From Nemertoderma westbladi (lineage: Eukaryota > Animalia > Xenacoelomorpha), in contig JAUCBJ010001812.1 in NCBI GenBank assembly GCA_032718475.1, forward strand, positions 12,049 through 76,048: a DNA stretch of 64,000 bases, written 5' to 3'. Made by a program: the position numbers and the translations under genes. Below the pieces are notes generated by a model, which did not search any database, was not told where the DNA came from, and saw nothing but the letters and a program-made list of their open reading frames with translations. This document shows, in pieces, positions 40,701 to 55,700 of this stretch (positions are counted from its first letter, which is position 1; every line of letters begins with the position of its first letter).

Positions 40701-43700
40701 TCCGAAGTAGATAGTGCTGAATGGAATGCAATTAATTTAGGTAGAATAAAGTCCGAAGTAGATAGTGCTGAATGGAATACAATTAATCTAGATAGAATAA
40801 ACTCCGAAGTAGATAGCGCTGAATGGAATGCAATTAATTTAGGTAGAATAAAGTCCGAAGTAGATAGTGCTGAATGGAATGCAATTAATCTAGATAGAAT
40901 AAACTCCGAAGTAGATAGCGCTGAATGGAATGCAATTAATTTAGGTAGAATAAAGTCCGAAGTAGATAGTGCTGAATGGAATGCAATTAATCTAGATAGA
41001 ATAAACTCCGAAGTAAATAGTGCTGAATGGAATGCAATTAATTTAGGTAGAATAAAGTCCGAAGTAGATAGTGCTGAATGGAATGCAATTAATTTAGGTA
41101 GAATAAAGTCCGAAGTAGATAGTGCTGAATGGAATGCAATTAATTTAGGTAGAATAAAGTCCGATTAGATAGTGCTGAATGGAATGCAATTAATCTAGAT
41201 AGAATAAACTCCGAAGTAAATAGTGCTGAATGGAATGCAATTAATTTAGGTAGAATAAAGTCCGAAGTAGATAGTGCTTAATGGAATGCAATTAATTTAG
41301 GTAGAATAAAGTCCGAAGTAGATAGTGCTGAATGGAATGCAATTAATTTAGGTAGAATAAAGTCCGAAGTAGATAGTGCTGAATGGAATACAATTAATCT
41401 AGATAGAATAAACTCCGAAGTAGATAGCGCTGAATGGAATGCAATTAATTTAGGTAGAATAAAGTCCGAAGTAGATAGTGCTGAATGGAATGCAATTAAT
41501 CTAGATAGAATAAACTCCGAAGTAGATAGCGCTGAATGGAATGCAATTAATTTAGGTAGAATAAAGTCCGAAGTAGATAGTGCTGAATGGAATGCAATTA
41601 ATCTAGATAGAATAAACTCCGAAGTAAATAGTGCTGAATGGAATGCAATTAATTTAGGTAGAATAAAGTCCGAAGTAGATAGTGCTGAATGGAATGCAAT
41701 TAATTTAGGTAGAATAAAGTCCGAAGTAGATAGTGCTGAATGGAATGCAATTAATCTAGATAGAATAAAGTCCGATTAGATAGATAGTGCTGAATGGAAT
41801 GCAATTAATTTAGGTAGAATAAAGTCCGAAGTAGATAGTGCTGAATGGAATACAATTAATCTAGATAGAATAAAGTCCGATTAGATAGATAGTGCTGAAT
41901 GGAATGCAATTAATTTAGGTAGAATAAAGTCCGAAGTAGATAGTGCTGAATGGAATGCAATTAATCTAGATAGAATAAACTCCGAAGTAAATAGTGCTGA
42001 ATGGAATGCAATTAATTTAGGTAGAATAAAGTCCGAAGTAGATAGTGCTGAATGGAATGCAATTAATTTAGGTAGAATAAAGTCCGAAGTAGATAGTGCT
42101 GAATGGAATGCAATTAATCTAGATAGAATAAAGTCCGATTAGATAGATAGTGCTGAATGGAATGCAATTAATTTAGGTAGAATAAAGTCCGAAGTAGATA
42201 GCGCTGAATGGAATGCAATTAATTTAGGTAGAATAAAGTCCGAAGTAGATAGTGCTGAATGGAATGCAATTAATCTAGATAGAATAAACTCCGAAGTAAA
42301 TAGTGCTGAATGGAATGCAATTAATTTAGGTAGAATAAAGTCCGAAGTAGATAGTGCTGAATGGAATGCAATTAATTTAGGTAGAATAAAGTCCGAAGTA
42401 GATAGTGCTGAATGGAATGCAATTAATCTAGATAGAATAAAGTCCGATTAGATAGATAGTGCTGAATGGAATGCAATTAATTTAGGTAGAATAAAGTCCG
42501 AAGTAAATAGTGCTGAATGGAATGCAATTAATCTAGATAGAATAAACTCCGAAGTAAATAGTGCTGAATGGAATGCAATTAATTTAGGTAGAATAAAGTC
42601 CGAAGTAGATAGTGCTGAATGGAATGCAATTAATTTAGGTAGAATAAAGTCCGATTAGATAGTGCTGAATGGAATGCAATTAATTTAGGTAGAATAAAGT
42701 CCGAAGTAGATAGTGCTGAATGGAATACAATTAATCTAGATAGAATAAAGTCCGATTAGATAGATAGTGCTGAATGGAATGCAATTAATCTAGATAGAAT
42801 AAACTCCGAAGTAAATAGTGCTGAATGGAATGCAATTAATTTAGGTAGAATAAAGTCCGATTAGATAGTGCTGAATAGAATGCAATTAATTTAGGTAGAA
42901 TAAAGTCCGATTAAATAGTGCTGAATGGAATGCAATTAATCTAGATAGAATAAACTCCGAAGTAAATAGTGCTGAATGGAATGCAATTAATTTAGGTAGA
43001 ATAAAGTCCGAAGTAGATAGTGCTGAATGGAATACAATTAATCTAGATAGAATAAAGTCCGATTAGATAGATAGTGCTGAATGGAATGCAATTAATTTAG
43101 GTAGAATAAAGTCCGAAGTAGATAGTGCTGAATGGAATGCAATTAATTTAGGTAGAATAAAGTCCGAAGTAGATAGTGCTGAATGGAATGCAATTAATTT
43201 AGGTAGAATAAAGTCCGAAGTAGATAGTGCTGAATGGAATGCAATTAATCTAGATAGAATAAAGTCCGAAGTAGATAGTGTTGAATGGAATGCAATTAAT
43301 CTAGATAGAATAAAGTCCGAAGTAGATAGTGCTGAATGGAATGCAATTAATTTAGGTAGAATAAAGTCCGAAGTAGATAGTGCTGAATGGAATGCAATTA
43401 ATTTAGGTAGAATAAAGTCCGAAGTAGATAGTGCTGAATGGAATGCAATTAATCTAGATAGAATAAAGTCCGATTAGATAGTGCTGAATGGAATGCAATT
43501 AATCTAGATACAATAAAGTCCGAAGTAGATAGTGCTGAATGGAATGCAATTAATCTAGATAGAATAAAGTCCGAAGTAGATAGTGCTGAATGGAATGCAA
43601 TTAATTTAGGTAGAATAAAGTCCGAAGTAGATAGTGCTGAATGGAATGCAATTAATTTAGGTAGAATAAAGTCCGAAGTAGATAGTGCTGAATGGAATGC

Positions 43701-46700
43701 AATTAATCTAGATAGAATAAAGTCCGATTAGATAGTGCTGAATGGAATGCAATTAATTTAGGTAGAATAAAGTCCGATTAGATAGTGCTGAATGGAATGC
43801 AATTAATCTAGATAGAATAAAGTCCGAAGTAGATAGTGCTGAATGGAATGCAATTAATCTAGATAGAATAAACTCCGAAGTAAATAGTGCTGAATGGAAT
43901 GCAATTAATTTAGGTAGAATAAAGTCCGAAGTAGATAGTGCTGAATGGAATGCAATTAATTTAGGTAGAATAAAGTCCGAAGTAGATAGTGCTGAATGGA
44001 ATGCAATTAATTTAGGTAGAATAAAGTCCGAAGTAGATAGTGCTGAATGGAATGCAATTAATCTAGATACAATAAAGTCCGAAGTAGATAGTGCTGAATG
44101 GAATGCAATTAATCTAGATAGAATAAACTCCGAAGTAAATAGTGCTGAATGGAATGCAATTAATTTAGATAGAATAAAGTCCGAAGTAAATAGTGCTGAA
44201 TGGAATGCAATTAATTTAGGTAGAATAAAGTCCGAAGTAGATAGTGCTGAATGGAATGCAATTAATTTAGGTAGAATAAAGTCCGAAGTAGATAGTGCTG
44301 AATGGAATGCAATTAATCTAGATAGAATAAACTCCGAAGTAAATAGTGCTGAATGGAATGCAATTAATTTAGGTAGAATAAAGTCCGAAGTAGATAGTGC
44401 TGAATGGAATGCAATTAATTTAGGTAGAATAAAGTCCGAAGTAGATAGTGCTGAATGGAACGCAATTAATTTAGGTAGAATAAAGTCCGAAGTAGATAGT
44501 GCTGAATGGAATGCAATTAATCTAGATAGAATAAACTCCGAAGTAAATAGTGCTGAATGGAATGCAATTAATTTAGGTAGAATAAAGTCCGAAGTAGATA
44601 GTGCTGAATGGAATGCAATTAATTTAGGTAGAATAAAGTCCGATTAGATAGTGCTGAATGGAATGCAATTAATCTAGATAGAATAAAGTCCGAAGTAGAT
44701 AGTGCTGAATGGAATGCAATTAATCTAGATAGAATAAACTCCGAAGTAAATAGTGCTGAATGGAATGCAATTAATTTAGGTAGAATAAAGTCCGAAGTAG
44801 ATAGTGCTGAATGGAATGCAATTAATTTAGGTAGAATAAAGTCCGAAGTAGATAGTGCTGAATGGAATGCAATTAATTTAGGTAGAATAAAGTCCGAAGT
44901 AGATAGTGCTGAATGGAATGCAATTAATCTAGATACAATAAAGTCCGAAGTAGATAGTGCTGAATGGAATGCAATTAATTTAGGTAGAATAAAGTCCGAT
45001 TAGATAGTGCTGAATGGAATGCAATTAATCTAGATAGAATAAAGTCCGAAGTAGATAGTGCTGAATGGAATGCAATTAATTTAGGTAGAATAAAGTCCGA
45101 AGTAGATAGTGCTGAATGGAATGCAATTAATCTAGATAGAATAAACTCCGAAGTAAATAGTGCTGAATGGAATGCAATTAATTTAGGTAGAATAAAGTCC
45201 GAAGTAGATAGTGCTGAATGGAATGCAATTAATTTAGGTAGAATAAAGTCCGAAGTAGATAGTGCTGAATGGAATGCAATTAATTTAGGTAGAATAAAGT
45301 CCGAAGTAGATAGTGCTGAATGGAATGCAATTAATCTAGATAGAATAAAGTCCGAAGTAGATAGTGCTGAATGGAATGCAATTAATTTAGGTAGAATAAA
45401 GTCCGATTAGATAGTGCTGAATGGAATGCAATTAATCTAGATAGAATAAAGTCCGAAGTAGATAGTGCTGAATGGAATGCAATTAATCTAGATAGAATAA
45501 ACTCCGAAGTAAATAGTGCTGAATGGAATGCAATTAATTTAGGTAGAATAAAGTCCGAAGTAGATAGTGCTGAATGGAATGCAATTAATTTAGGTAGAAT
45601 AAAGTCCGAAGTAGATAGTGCTGAATGGAATGCAATTAATTTAGGTAGAATAAAGTCCGAAGTAGATAGTGCTGAATGGAATGCAATTAATTTAGGTAGA
45701 ATAAAGTCCGAAGTAGATAGTGCTGAATGGAATGCAATTAATTTAGGTAGAATAAAGTCCGAGGTAGATAGTGCTGAATGGAATGCAATTAATTTAGATA
45801 GAATAAAGTCCGATTAGATAGTGCTGAATGGAATGCAATTAATTTAGGTAGAATAAAGTCCGAAGTAGATAGTGCTGAATGGAATGCAATTAATTTAGGT
45901 AGAATAAAGTCCGAAGTAGATAGTGCTGAATGGAATGCAATTAATTTAGGTAGAATAAAGTCCGAAGTAGATAGTGCTGAATGGAATGCAATTAATCTAG
46001 ATACAATAAAGTCCGATTAGATAGTGCTGAATGGAATGCAATTAATCTAGATAGAATAAAGTCCGATTAGATAGTGCTGAATGGAATGCAATTAATTTAG
46101 GTAGAATAAAGTCCGAAGTAGATAGTGCTGAATGGAATGCAATTAATTTAGGTAGAATAAAGTCCGAAGTAGATAGTGCTGAATGGAATGCAATTAATCT
46201 AGATACAATAAAGTCCGATTAGATAGTGCTGAATGGAATGCAATTAATCTAGATACAATAAAGTCCGATTAGATAGTGCTGAATGGAATGCAATTAATCT
46301 AGATAGAATAAAGTCCGATTAGATAGTGCTGAATGGAATGCAATTAATTTAGGTAGAATAAAGTCCGAAGTAGATAGTGCTGAATGGAATGCAATTAATT
46401 TAGGTAGAATAAAGTCCGAAGTAGATAGTGCTGAATGGAATGCAATTAATCTAGATACAATAAAGTCCGATTAGATAGTGCTGAATGGAATGCAATTAAT
46501 CTAGATACAATAAAGTCCGATTAGATAGTGCTGAATGGAATGCAATTAATCTAGATAGAATAAAGTCCGATTAGATAGTGCTGAATGGAATGCAATTAAT
46601 TTAGGTAGAATAAAGTCCGATTAGATAGTGCTGAATGGAATGCAATTAATTTAGGTAGAATAAAGTCCGAAGTAGATAGTGCTGAATGGAATGCAATTAA

Positions 46701-49700
46701 TTTAGGTAGAATAAAGTCCGAAGTAGATAGTGCTGAATGGAATGCAATTAATCTAGATACAATAAAGTCCGATTAGATAGTGCTGAATGGAATGCAATTA
46801 ATCTAGATACAATAAAGTCCGATTAGATAGTGCTGAATGGAATGCAATTAATCTAGATACAATAAAGTCCGATTAGATAGTGCTGAATGGAATGCAATTA
46901 ATTTAGGTAGAATAAAGTCCGAAGTAGATAGTGCTGAATGGAATGCAATTAATCTAGATACAATAAAGTCCGATTAGATAGTGCTGAATGGAATGCAATT
47001 AATCTAGATACAATAAAGTCCGATTAGATAGTGCTGAATGGAATGCAATTAATTTAGGTAGAATAAAGTCCGAAGTAGATAGTGCTGAATGGAATGCAAT
47101 TAATTTAGGTAGAATAAAGTCCGAAGTAGATAGTGCTGAATGGAATGCAATTAATCTAGATACAATAAAGTCCGATTAGATAGTGCTGAATGGAATGCAA
47201 TTAATTTAGGTAGAATAAAGTCCGAAGTAGATAGTGCTGAATGGAATGCAATTAATTTAGGTAGAATAAAGTCCGAAGTAGATAGTGCTGAATGGAATGC
47301 AATTAATCTAGATACAATAAAGTCCGATTAGATAGTGCTGAATGGAATGCAATTAATCTAGATACAATAAAGTCCGATTAGATAGTGCTGAATGGAATGC
47401 AATTAATCTAGATAGAATAAAGTCCGATTAGATAGTGCTGAATGGAATGCAATTAATTTAGGTAGAATAAAGTCCGATTAGATAGTGCTGAATGGAATGC
47501 AATTAATTTAGGTAGAATAAAGTCCGAAGTAGATAGTGCTGAATGGAATGCAATTAATCTAGATAGAATAAAGTCCGAAGTAGATAGTGCTGAATGGAAT
47601 GCAATTAATTTAGATAGAATAAAGTCCGATTAGATAGTGCTGAATGGAATGCAATTAATTTAGATAGAATAAAGTCCGATTAGATAGTGCTGAATGGAAT
47701 GCAATTAATTTAGGTAGAAAAAAGTCCGAAGTAGATAGTGCTGAATGGAATGCAATTAATTTAGGTAGAATAAAGTCCGAAGTAGATAGTGCTGAATGGA
47801 ATGCAATTAATTTAGGTAGAATAAAGTCCGAAGTAGATAGTGCTGAATGGAATGCAATTAATCTAGATACAATAAAGTCCGATTAGATAGTGCTGAATGG
47901 AATGCAATTAATCTAGATAGAATAAAGTCCGATTAGATAGTGCTGAATGGAATGCAATTAATTTAGGTAGAATAAAGTCCGAAGTAGATAGTGCTGAATG
48001 GAATGCAATTAATTTAGGTAGAATAAAGTCCGAAGTAGATAGTGCTGAATGGAATGCAATTAATCTAGATAGAATAAAGTCCGATTAGATAGTGCTGAAT
48101 GGAATGCAATTAATCTAGATAGAATAAAGTCCGATTAGATAGTGCTGAATGGAATGCAATTAATCTAGATAGAATAAAGTCCGATTAGATAGTGCTGAAT
48201 GGAATGCAATTAATCTAGATAGAATAAAGTCCGATTAGATAGTGCTGAATGGAATGCAATTAATTTAGGTAGAATAAAGTCCGAAGTAGATAGTGCTGAA
48301 TGGAATGCAATTAATCTAGATAGAATAAAGTCCGAAGTAGATAGTGCTGAATGGAATGCAATTAATTTAGGTAGAATAAAGTCCGATTAGATAGTGCTGA
48401 ATGGAATGCAATTAATTTAGGTAGAATAAAGTCCGAAGTAGATAGTGCTGAATGGAATGCAATTAATTTAGGTAGAATAAAGTCCGATTAGATAGTGCTG
48501 AATGGAATGCAATTAATTTAGGTAGAATAAAGTCCGATTAGATAGTGCTGAATGGAATGCAATTAATTTAGGTAGAATAAAGTCCGAAGTAGATAGTGCT
48601 GAATGGAATGCAATTAATTTAGGTAGAATAAAGTCCGAAGTAGATAGTGCTGAATGGAATGCAATTAATCTAGATACAATAAAGTCCGATTAGATAGTGC
48701 TGAATGGAATGCAATTAATCTAGATACAATAAAGTCCGATTAGATAGTGCTGAATGGAATGCAATTAATCTAGATAGAATAAAGTCCGATTAGATAGTGC
48801 TGAATGGAATGCAATTAATCTAGATAGAATAAAGTCCGATTAGATAGTGCTGAATGGAATGCAATTAATCTAGATAGAATAAAGTCCGATTAGATAGTGC
48901 TGAATGGAATGCAATTAATTTAGGTAGAATAAAGTCCGAAGTAGATAGTGCTGAATGGAATGCAATTAATCTAGATAGAATAAAGTCCGAAGTAGATAGT
49001 GCTGAATGGAATGCAATTAATTTAGGTAGAATAAAGTCCGAAGTAGATAGTGCTGAATGGAATGCAATTAATTTAGGTAGAATAAAGTCCGAAGTAGATA
49101 GTGCTGAATGGAATGCAATTAATTTAGATACAATAAAGTCCGATTAGATAGTGCTGAATGGAATGCAATTAATCTAGATAGAATAAAGTCCGATTAGATA
49201 GTGCTGAATGGAATGCAATTAATCTAGATAGAATAAAGTCCGATTAGATAGTGCTGAATGGAATGCAATTAATTTAGGTAGAATAAAGTCCGAAGTAGAT
49301 AGTGCTGAATGGAATGCAATTAATCTAGATAGAATAAAGTCCGAAGTAGATAGTGCTGAATGGAATGCAATTAATTTAGGTAGAATAAAGTCCGAAGTAG
49401 ATAGTGCTGAATGGAATGCAATTAATTTAGGTAGAATAAAGTCCGAAGTAGATAGTGCTGAATGGAATGCAATTAATTTAGGTAGAATTAAAGTCCGAGG
49501 TAGATAGTGCTGAATGGAATGCAATTAATTTAGATAGAATAAAGTCCGATTAGATAGTGCTGAATGGAATGCAATTAATTTAGGTAGAATAAAGTCCGAA
49601 GTAGATAGTGCTGAATGGAATGCAATTAATTTAGGTAGAATAAAGTCCGAAGTAGATAGTGCTGAATGGAATGCAATTAATTTAGGTAGAATAAAGTCCG

Positions 49701-52700
49701 ATTAGATAGTGCTGAATGGAATGCAATTAATCTAGATACAATAAAGTCCGAAGTAGATAGTGCTGAATGGAATGCAATTAATCTAGATAGAATAAAGTAA
49801 GAAGTAGATAGCCCTGAATGGAATGCAATTAATTTAGATACAATAAAGTACGATTAGATAGATAGTGCTGAATGGAATGCAATTAATTTAGATACAATAA
49901 AGTACGATTAGATAGTGCTGAATGGAATGCAATTAATTTAGGTAGAATAAAGTCCGAGGTAGATAGTGCTGAATGGAATGCAATTAATTTAGGTAGAATA
50001 AAGTCCGAAGTAGATAGTGCTGAATGGAATGCAATTAATTTAGGTAGAATAAAGTACGATTAGATAGTGCTGAATGGAATGCAATTAATTTAGGTAGAAT
50101 AAAGTCCGAAGTAGATAGTGCTGAATGGAATGCAATTAATTTAGGTAGAATAAAGTCCGAAGTAGATAGTGCTGAATGGAATGCAATTAATTTAGGTAGA
50201 ATAAAGTCCGAAGTAGATAGTGCTGAATGGAATGCAATTAATTTAGGTAGAATTAAAGTCCGAGGTAGATAGTGCTGAATGGAATGCAATTAATTTAGAT
50301 AGAATAAAGTCCGATTAGATAGTGCTGAATGGAATGCAATTAATTTAGGTAGAATAAAGTCCGAAGTAGATAGTGCTGAATGGAATGCAATTAATTTAGG
50401 TAGAATAAAGTCCGAAGTAGATAGTGCTGAATGGAATGCAATTAATTTAGGTAGAATAAAGTCCGAAGTAGATAGTGCTGAATGGAATGCAATTAATCTA
50501 GATACAATAAAGTCCGAAGTAGATAGTGCTGAATGGAATGCAATTAATTTAGGTAGAATAAAGTCCGAAGTAGATAGTGCTGAATGGAATGCAATTAATT
50601 TAGGTAGAATAAAGTCCGAAGTAGATAGTGCTGAATAGAATGCAATTAATTTAGGTAGAATAAAGTCCGAAGTAGATAGCCCTGAATGGAATGCAATTAA
50701 TTTAGGTAGAATAAAGTCCGATTAGATAGTGCTGAATGGAATGCAATTAATTTAGATAGAATAAAGTCCGAGGTAGATAGTGCTGAATGGAATGCAATTA
50801 ATTTAGATACAATAAAGTACGATTAGATAGTGCTGAATGGAATGCAATTAATTTAGGTAGAATAAAGTCCGAGGTAGATAGTGCTGAATGGAATGCAATT
50901 AATTTAGGTAGAATAAAGTCCGAAGTAGATAGTGCTGAATGGAATGCAATTAATTTAGGTAGAATAAAGTACGATTAGATAGTGCTGAATGGAATGCAAT
51001 TAATTTAGGTAGAATAAAGTCCGAAGTAGATAGTGCTGAATGGAATGCAATTAATTTAGGTAGAATAAAGTCCGAAGTAGATAGTGCTGAATGGAATGCA
51101 ATTAATTTAGGTAGAATAAAGTCCGAAGTAGATAGTGCTGAATGGAATGCAATTAATTTAGGTAGAATTAAAGTCCGAGGTAGATAGTGCTGAATGGAAT
51201 GCAATTAATTTAGGTAGAATAAAGTCCGAAGTAGATAGTGCTGAATGGAATGCAATTAATTTAGGTAGAATAAAGTCCGAAGTAGATAGTGCTGAATGGA
51301 ATGCAATTAATTTAGGTAGAATAAAGTCCGAAGTAGATAGTGCTGAATGGAATGCAATTAATCTAGATACAATAAAGTCCGAAGTAGATAGTGCTGAATG
51401 GAATGCAATTAATTTAGGTAGAATAAAGTCCGAAGTAGATAGTGCTGAATGGAATGCAATTAATTTAGGTAGAATAAAGTCCGAAGTAGATAGCCCTGAA
51501 TAGAATGCAATTAATTTAGGTAGAATAAAGTCCGAAGTAGATAGCCCTGAATGGAATGCAATTAATTTAGGTAGAATAAAGTCCGATTAGATAGTGCTGA
51601 ATGGAATGCAATTAATTTAGATAGAATAAAGTCCGATTAGATAGTGCTGAATGGAATGCAATTAATCTAGATACAATAAAGTCCGAAGTAGATAGTGCTG
51701 AATGGAATACAATTAATTTAGGTAGAATAAAGTCCGATTAGATAGTGCTGAATGGAATGCAATTAATCTAGATACAATAAAGTCCGAAGTAGATAGTGCT
51801 GAATGGAATACAATTAATTTAGGTAGAATAAAGTCCGATTAGATAGTGCTGAATGGAATGCAATTAATTTAGGTAGAATAAAGTCCGATTAGATAGTGCT
51901 GAATGGAATGCAATTAATTTAGGTAGAATAAAGTCCGATTAGATAGTGCTGAATGGAATGCAATTAATCTAGATACAATAAAGTCCGAAGTAGATAGTGC
52001 TGAATGGAATACAATTAATTTAGGTAGAATAAAGTCCGATTAGATAGTGCTGAATGGAATGCAATTAATTTAGATAGAATAAAGTCCGATTAGATAGTGC
52101 TGAATGGAATGCAATTAATTTAGGTAGAATAAAGTCCGATTAGATAGTGCTGAATGGAATGCAATTAATCTAGATACAATAAAGTCCGAAGTAGATAGTG
52201 CTGAATGGAATACAATTAATTTAGGTAGAATAAAGTCCGATTAGATAGTGCTGAATGGAATGCAATTAATCTAGATACAATAAAGTCCGAAGTAGATAGT
52301 GCTGAATGGAATACAATTAATTTAGGTAGAATAAAGTCCGATTAGATAGTGCTGAATGGAATGCAATTAATTTAGGTAGAATAAAGTCCGATTAGATAGT
52401 GCTGAATGGAATGCAATTAATCTAGATACAATAAAGTCCGAAGTAGATAGTGCTGAATGGAATGCAATTAATTTAGGTAGAATAAAGTCCGAAGTAGATA
52501 GTGCTGAATGGAATGCAATTAATCTAGATAGAATAAAGTCCGAAGTAGATAGTGCTGAATGGAATGCAATTAATCTAGATAGAATAAAGTCCGATTAGAT
52601 AGTGCTGAATGGAATGCAATTAATTTAGGTAGAATAAAGTCCGAAGTAGATAGTGCTGAATGGAATGCAATTAATCTAGGTAGAATAAAGTCCGATTAGA

Positions 52701-55700
52701 TAGTGCTGAATGGAATGCAATTAATTTAGGTAGAATAAAGTCCGATTAGATAGTGCTGAATGGAATGCAATTAATTTAGGTAGAATAAAGTCCGATTAGA
52801 TAGTGCTGAATGGAATGCAATTAATCTAGATAGAATAAAGTCCGAAGTAGATAGTGCTGAATGGAATGCAATTAATTTAGGTAGAATAAAGTCCGATTAG
52901 ATAGTGCTGAATGGAATGCAATTAATTTAGGTAGAATAAAGTCCGATTAGATAGTGCTGAATGGAATGCAATTAATTTAGGTAGAATAAAGTCCGATTAG
53001 ATAGTGCTGAATGGAATGCAATTAATCTAGATACAATAAAGTCCGAAGTAGATAGTGCTGAATGGAATGCAATTAATTTAGGTAGAATAAAGTCCGATTA
53101 GATAGTGCTGAATGGAATGCAATTAATTTAGATAGAATAAAGTCCGATTAGATAGTGCTGAATGGAATGCAATTAATTTAGGTAGAATAAAGTCCGATTA
53201 GATAGTGCTGAATGGAATGCAATTAATTTAGATACAATAAAGTCCGAAGTAGATAGTGCTGAATGGAATGCAATTAATTTAGGTAGAATAAAGTCCGATT
53301 AGATAGTGCTGAATGGAATGCAATTAATTTAGATAGAATAAAGTCCGAAGTAGATAGTGCTGAATGGAATGCAATTAATTTAGGTAGAATAAAGTCCGAT
53401 TAGATAGTGCTGAATGGAATGCAATTAATTTAGATAGAATAAAGTCCGATTAGATAGTGCTGAATGGAATGCAATTAATTTAGGTAGAATAAAGTCCGAA
53501 GTAGATAGTGCTGAATGGAATGCAATTAATTTAGGTAGAATAAAGTCCGATTAGATAGTGCTGAATGGAATGCAATTAATTTAGGTAGAATAAAGTCCGA
53601 TTAGATAGTGCTGAATGGAATGCAATTAATTTAGGTAGAATAAAGTCCGATTAGATAGTGCTGAATGGAATGCAATTAATTTAGGTAGAATAAAGTCCGA
53701 TTAGATAGTGTTGAATGGAATGCAATTAATTTAGGTAGAATAAAGTCCGAAGTAGATAGTGCTGAATGGAATGCAATTAATCTAGGTAGAATAAAGTCCG
53801 ATTAGATAGTGCTGAATGGAATGCAATTAATTTAGGTAGAATAAAGTCCGAAGTAGATAGCGCTGAATGGAATGCAATTAATCTAGATAGAATAAAGTCC
53901 GATTAGATAGTGCTGAATGGAATGCAATTAATCTAGATAGAATAAAGTCCGAAGTAGATAGTGCTGAATGGAATGCAATTAATCTAGATAGAATAAAGTC
54001 CGAAGTAGATAGTGCTGAATGGAATGCAATTAATTTAGATAGAATAAAGTCCGAGTAGATAGTGCTGAATGGAATGCAATTAATCTAGGTAGAATAAAGT
54101 CCGATTAGATAGTGCTGAATGGAATGCAATTAATTTAGGTAGAATAAAGTCCGAAGTAGATAGTGCTGAATGGAATGCAATTAATCTAGGTAGAATAAAG
54201 TCCGATTAGATAGTGCTGAATGGAATGCAATTAATTTAGGTAGAATAAAGTCCGATTAGATAGTGCTGAATGGAATGCAATTAATCTAGATAGAATAAAG
54301 TCCGATTAGATAGTGCTGAATGGAATGCAATTAATCTAGATAGAATAAAGTCCGAAGTAGATAGTGCTGAATGGAATGCAATTAATCTAGATAGAATAAA
54401 GTCCGATTAGATAGTGCTGAATGGAATGCAATTAATTTAGGTAGAATAAAGTCCGAAGTAGATAGTGCTGAATGGAATGCAATTAATTTAGATAGAATAA
54501 AGTCCGATTAGATAGATAGTGCTGAATGGAATGCAATTAATTTAGATAGAATAACGTCCGATTAGATAGTGCTGAATGGAATGCAATTAATTTAGATAGA
54601 ATAAAGTCCGATTAGATAGATAGTGCTGAATGGAATGCAATTAATTTAGGTAGAATAAAGTCCGAAGTAGATAGTGCTGAATGGAATGCAATTAATTTAG
54701 ATAGAATAAAGTCCGATTAGATAGATAGTGCTGAATGGAATGCAATTAATTTAGATAGAATAACGTCCGATTAGATAGTGCTGAATGGAATGCAATTAAT
54801 TTAGGTAGAATAAAGTCCGAAGTAGATAGTGCTGAATGGAATGCAATTAATTTAGATAGAATAAAGTCCGATTAGATAGATAGTGCTGAATGGAATGCAA
54901 TTAATTTAGATAGAATAACGTCCGATTAGATAGTGCTGAATGGAATGCAATTAATTTAGGTAGAATAAAGTCCGAAGTAGATAGTGCTGAATGGAATGCA
55001 ATTAATTTAGATAGAATAAAGTCCGATTAGATAGATAGTGCTGAATGGAATGCAATTAATTTAGATAGAATAACGTCCGATTAGATAGTGCTGAATGGAA
55101 TGCAATTAATTTAGGTAGAATAAAGTCCGAAGTAGATAGTGCTGAATGGAATGCAATTAATTTAGGTAGAATAAACTCCGAAGTAAATAGTGCTGAATGG
55201 AATGCAATTAATTTAGGTAGAATAAAGTCCGAAGTAGATAGTGCTGAATGGAATGCAATTAATTTAGATAGAATAAAGTCCGAAGTAGATAGTGCTGAAT
55301 GGAATGCAATTAATTTAGATAGAATAAAGTCCGATTAGATAGATAGTGCTGAATGGAATGCAATTAATTTAGATAGAATAACGTCCGATTAGATAGTGCT
55401 GAATGGAATGCAATTAATCTAGATAGAATAAAGTCCGATTAGATAGATAGTGCTGAATGGAATGCAATTAATTTAGATAGAATAAAGTCCGATTAGATAG
55501 ATAGTGCTGAATGGAATGCAATTAATTTAGATAGAATAACGTCCGATTAGATAGTGCTGAATGGAATGCAATTAATCTAGATAGAATAAAGTCCGATTAG
55601 ATAGATAGTGCTGAATGGAATGCAATTAATTTAGATAGAATAAAGTCCGATTAGATAGATAGTGCTGAATGGAATGCAATTAATTTAGATAGAATAACGT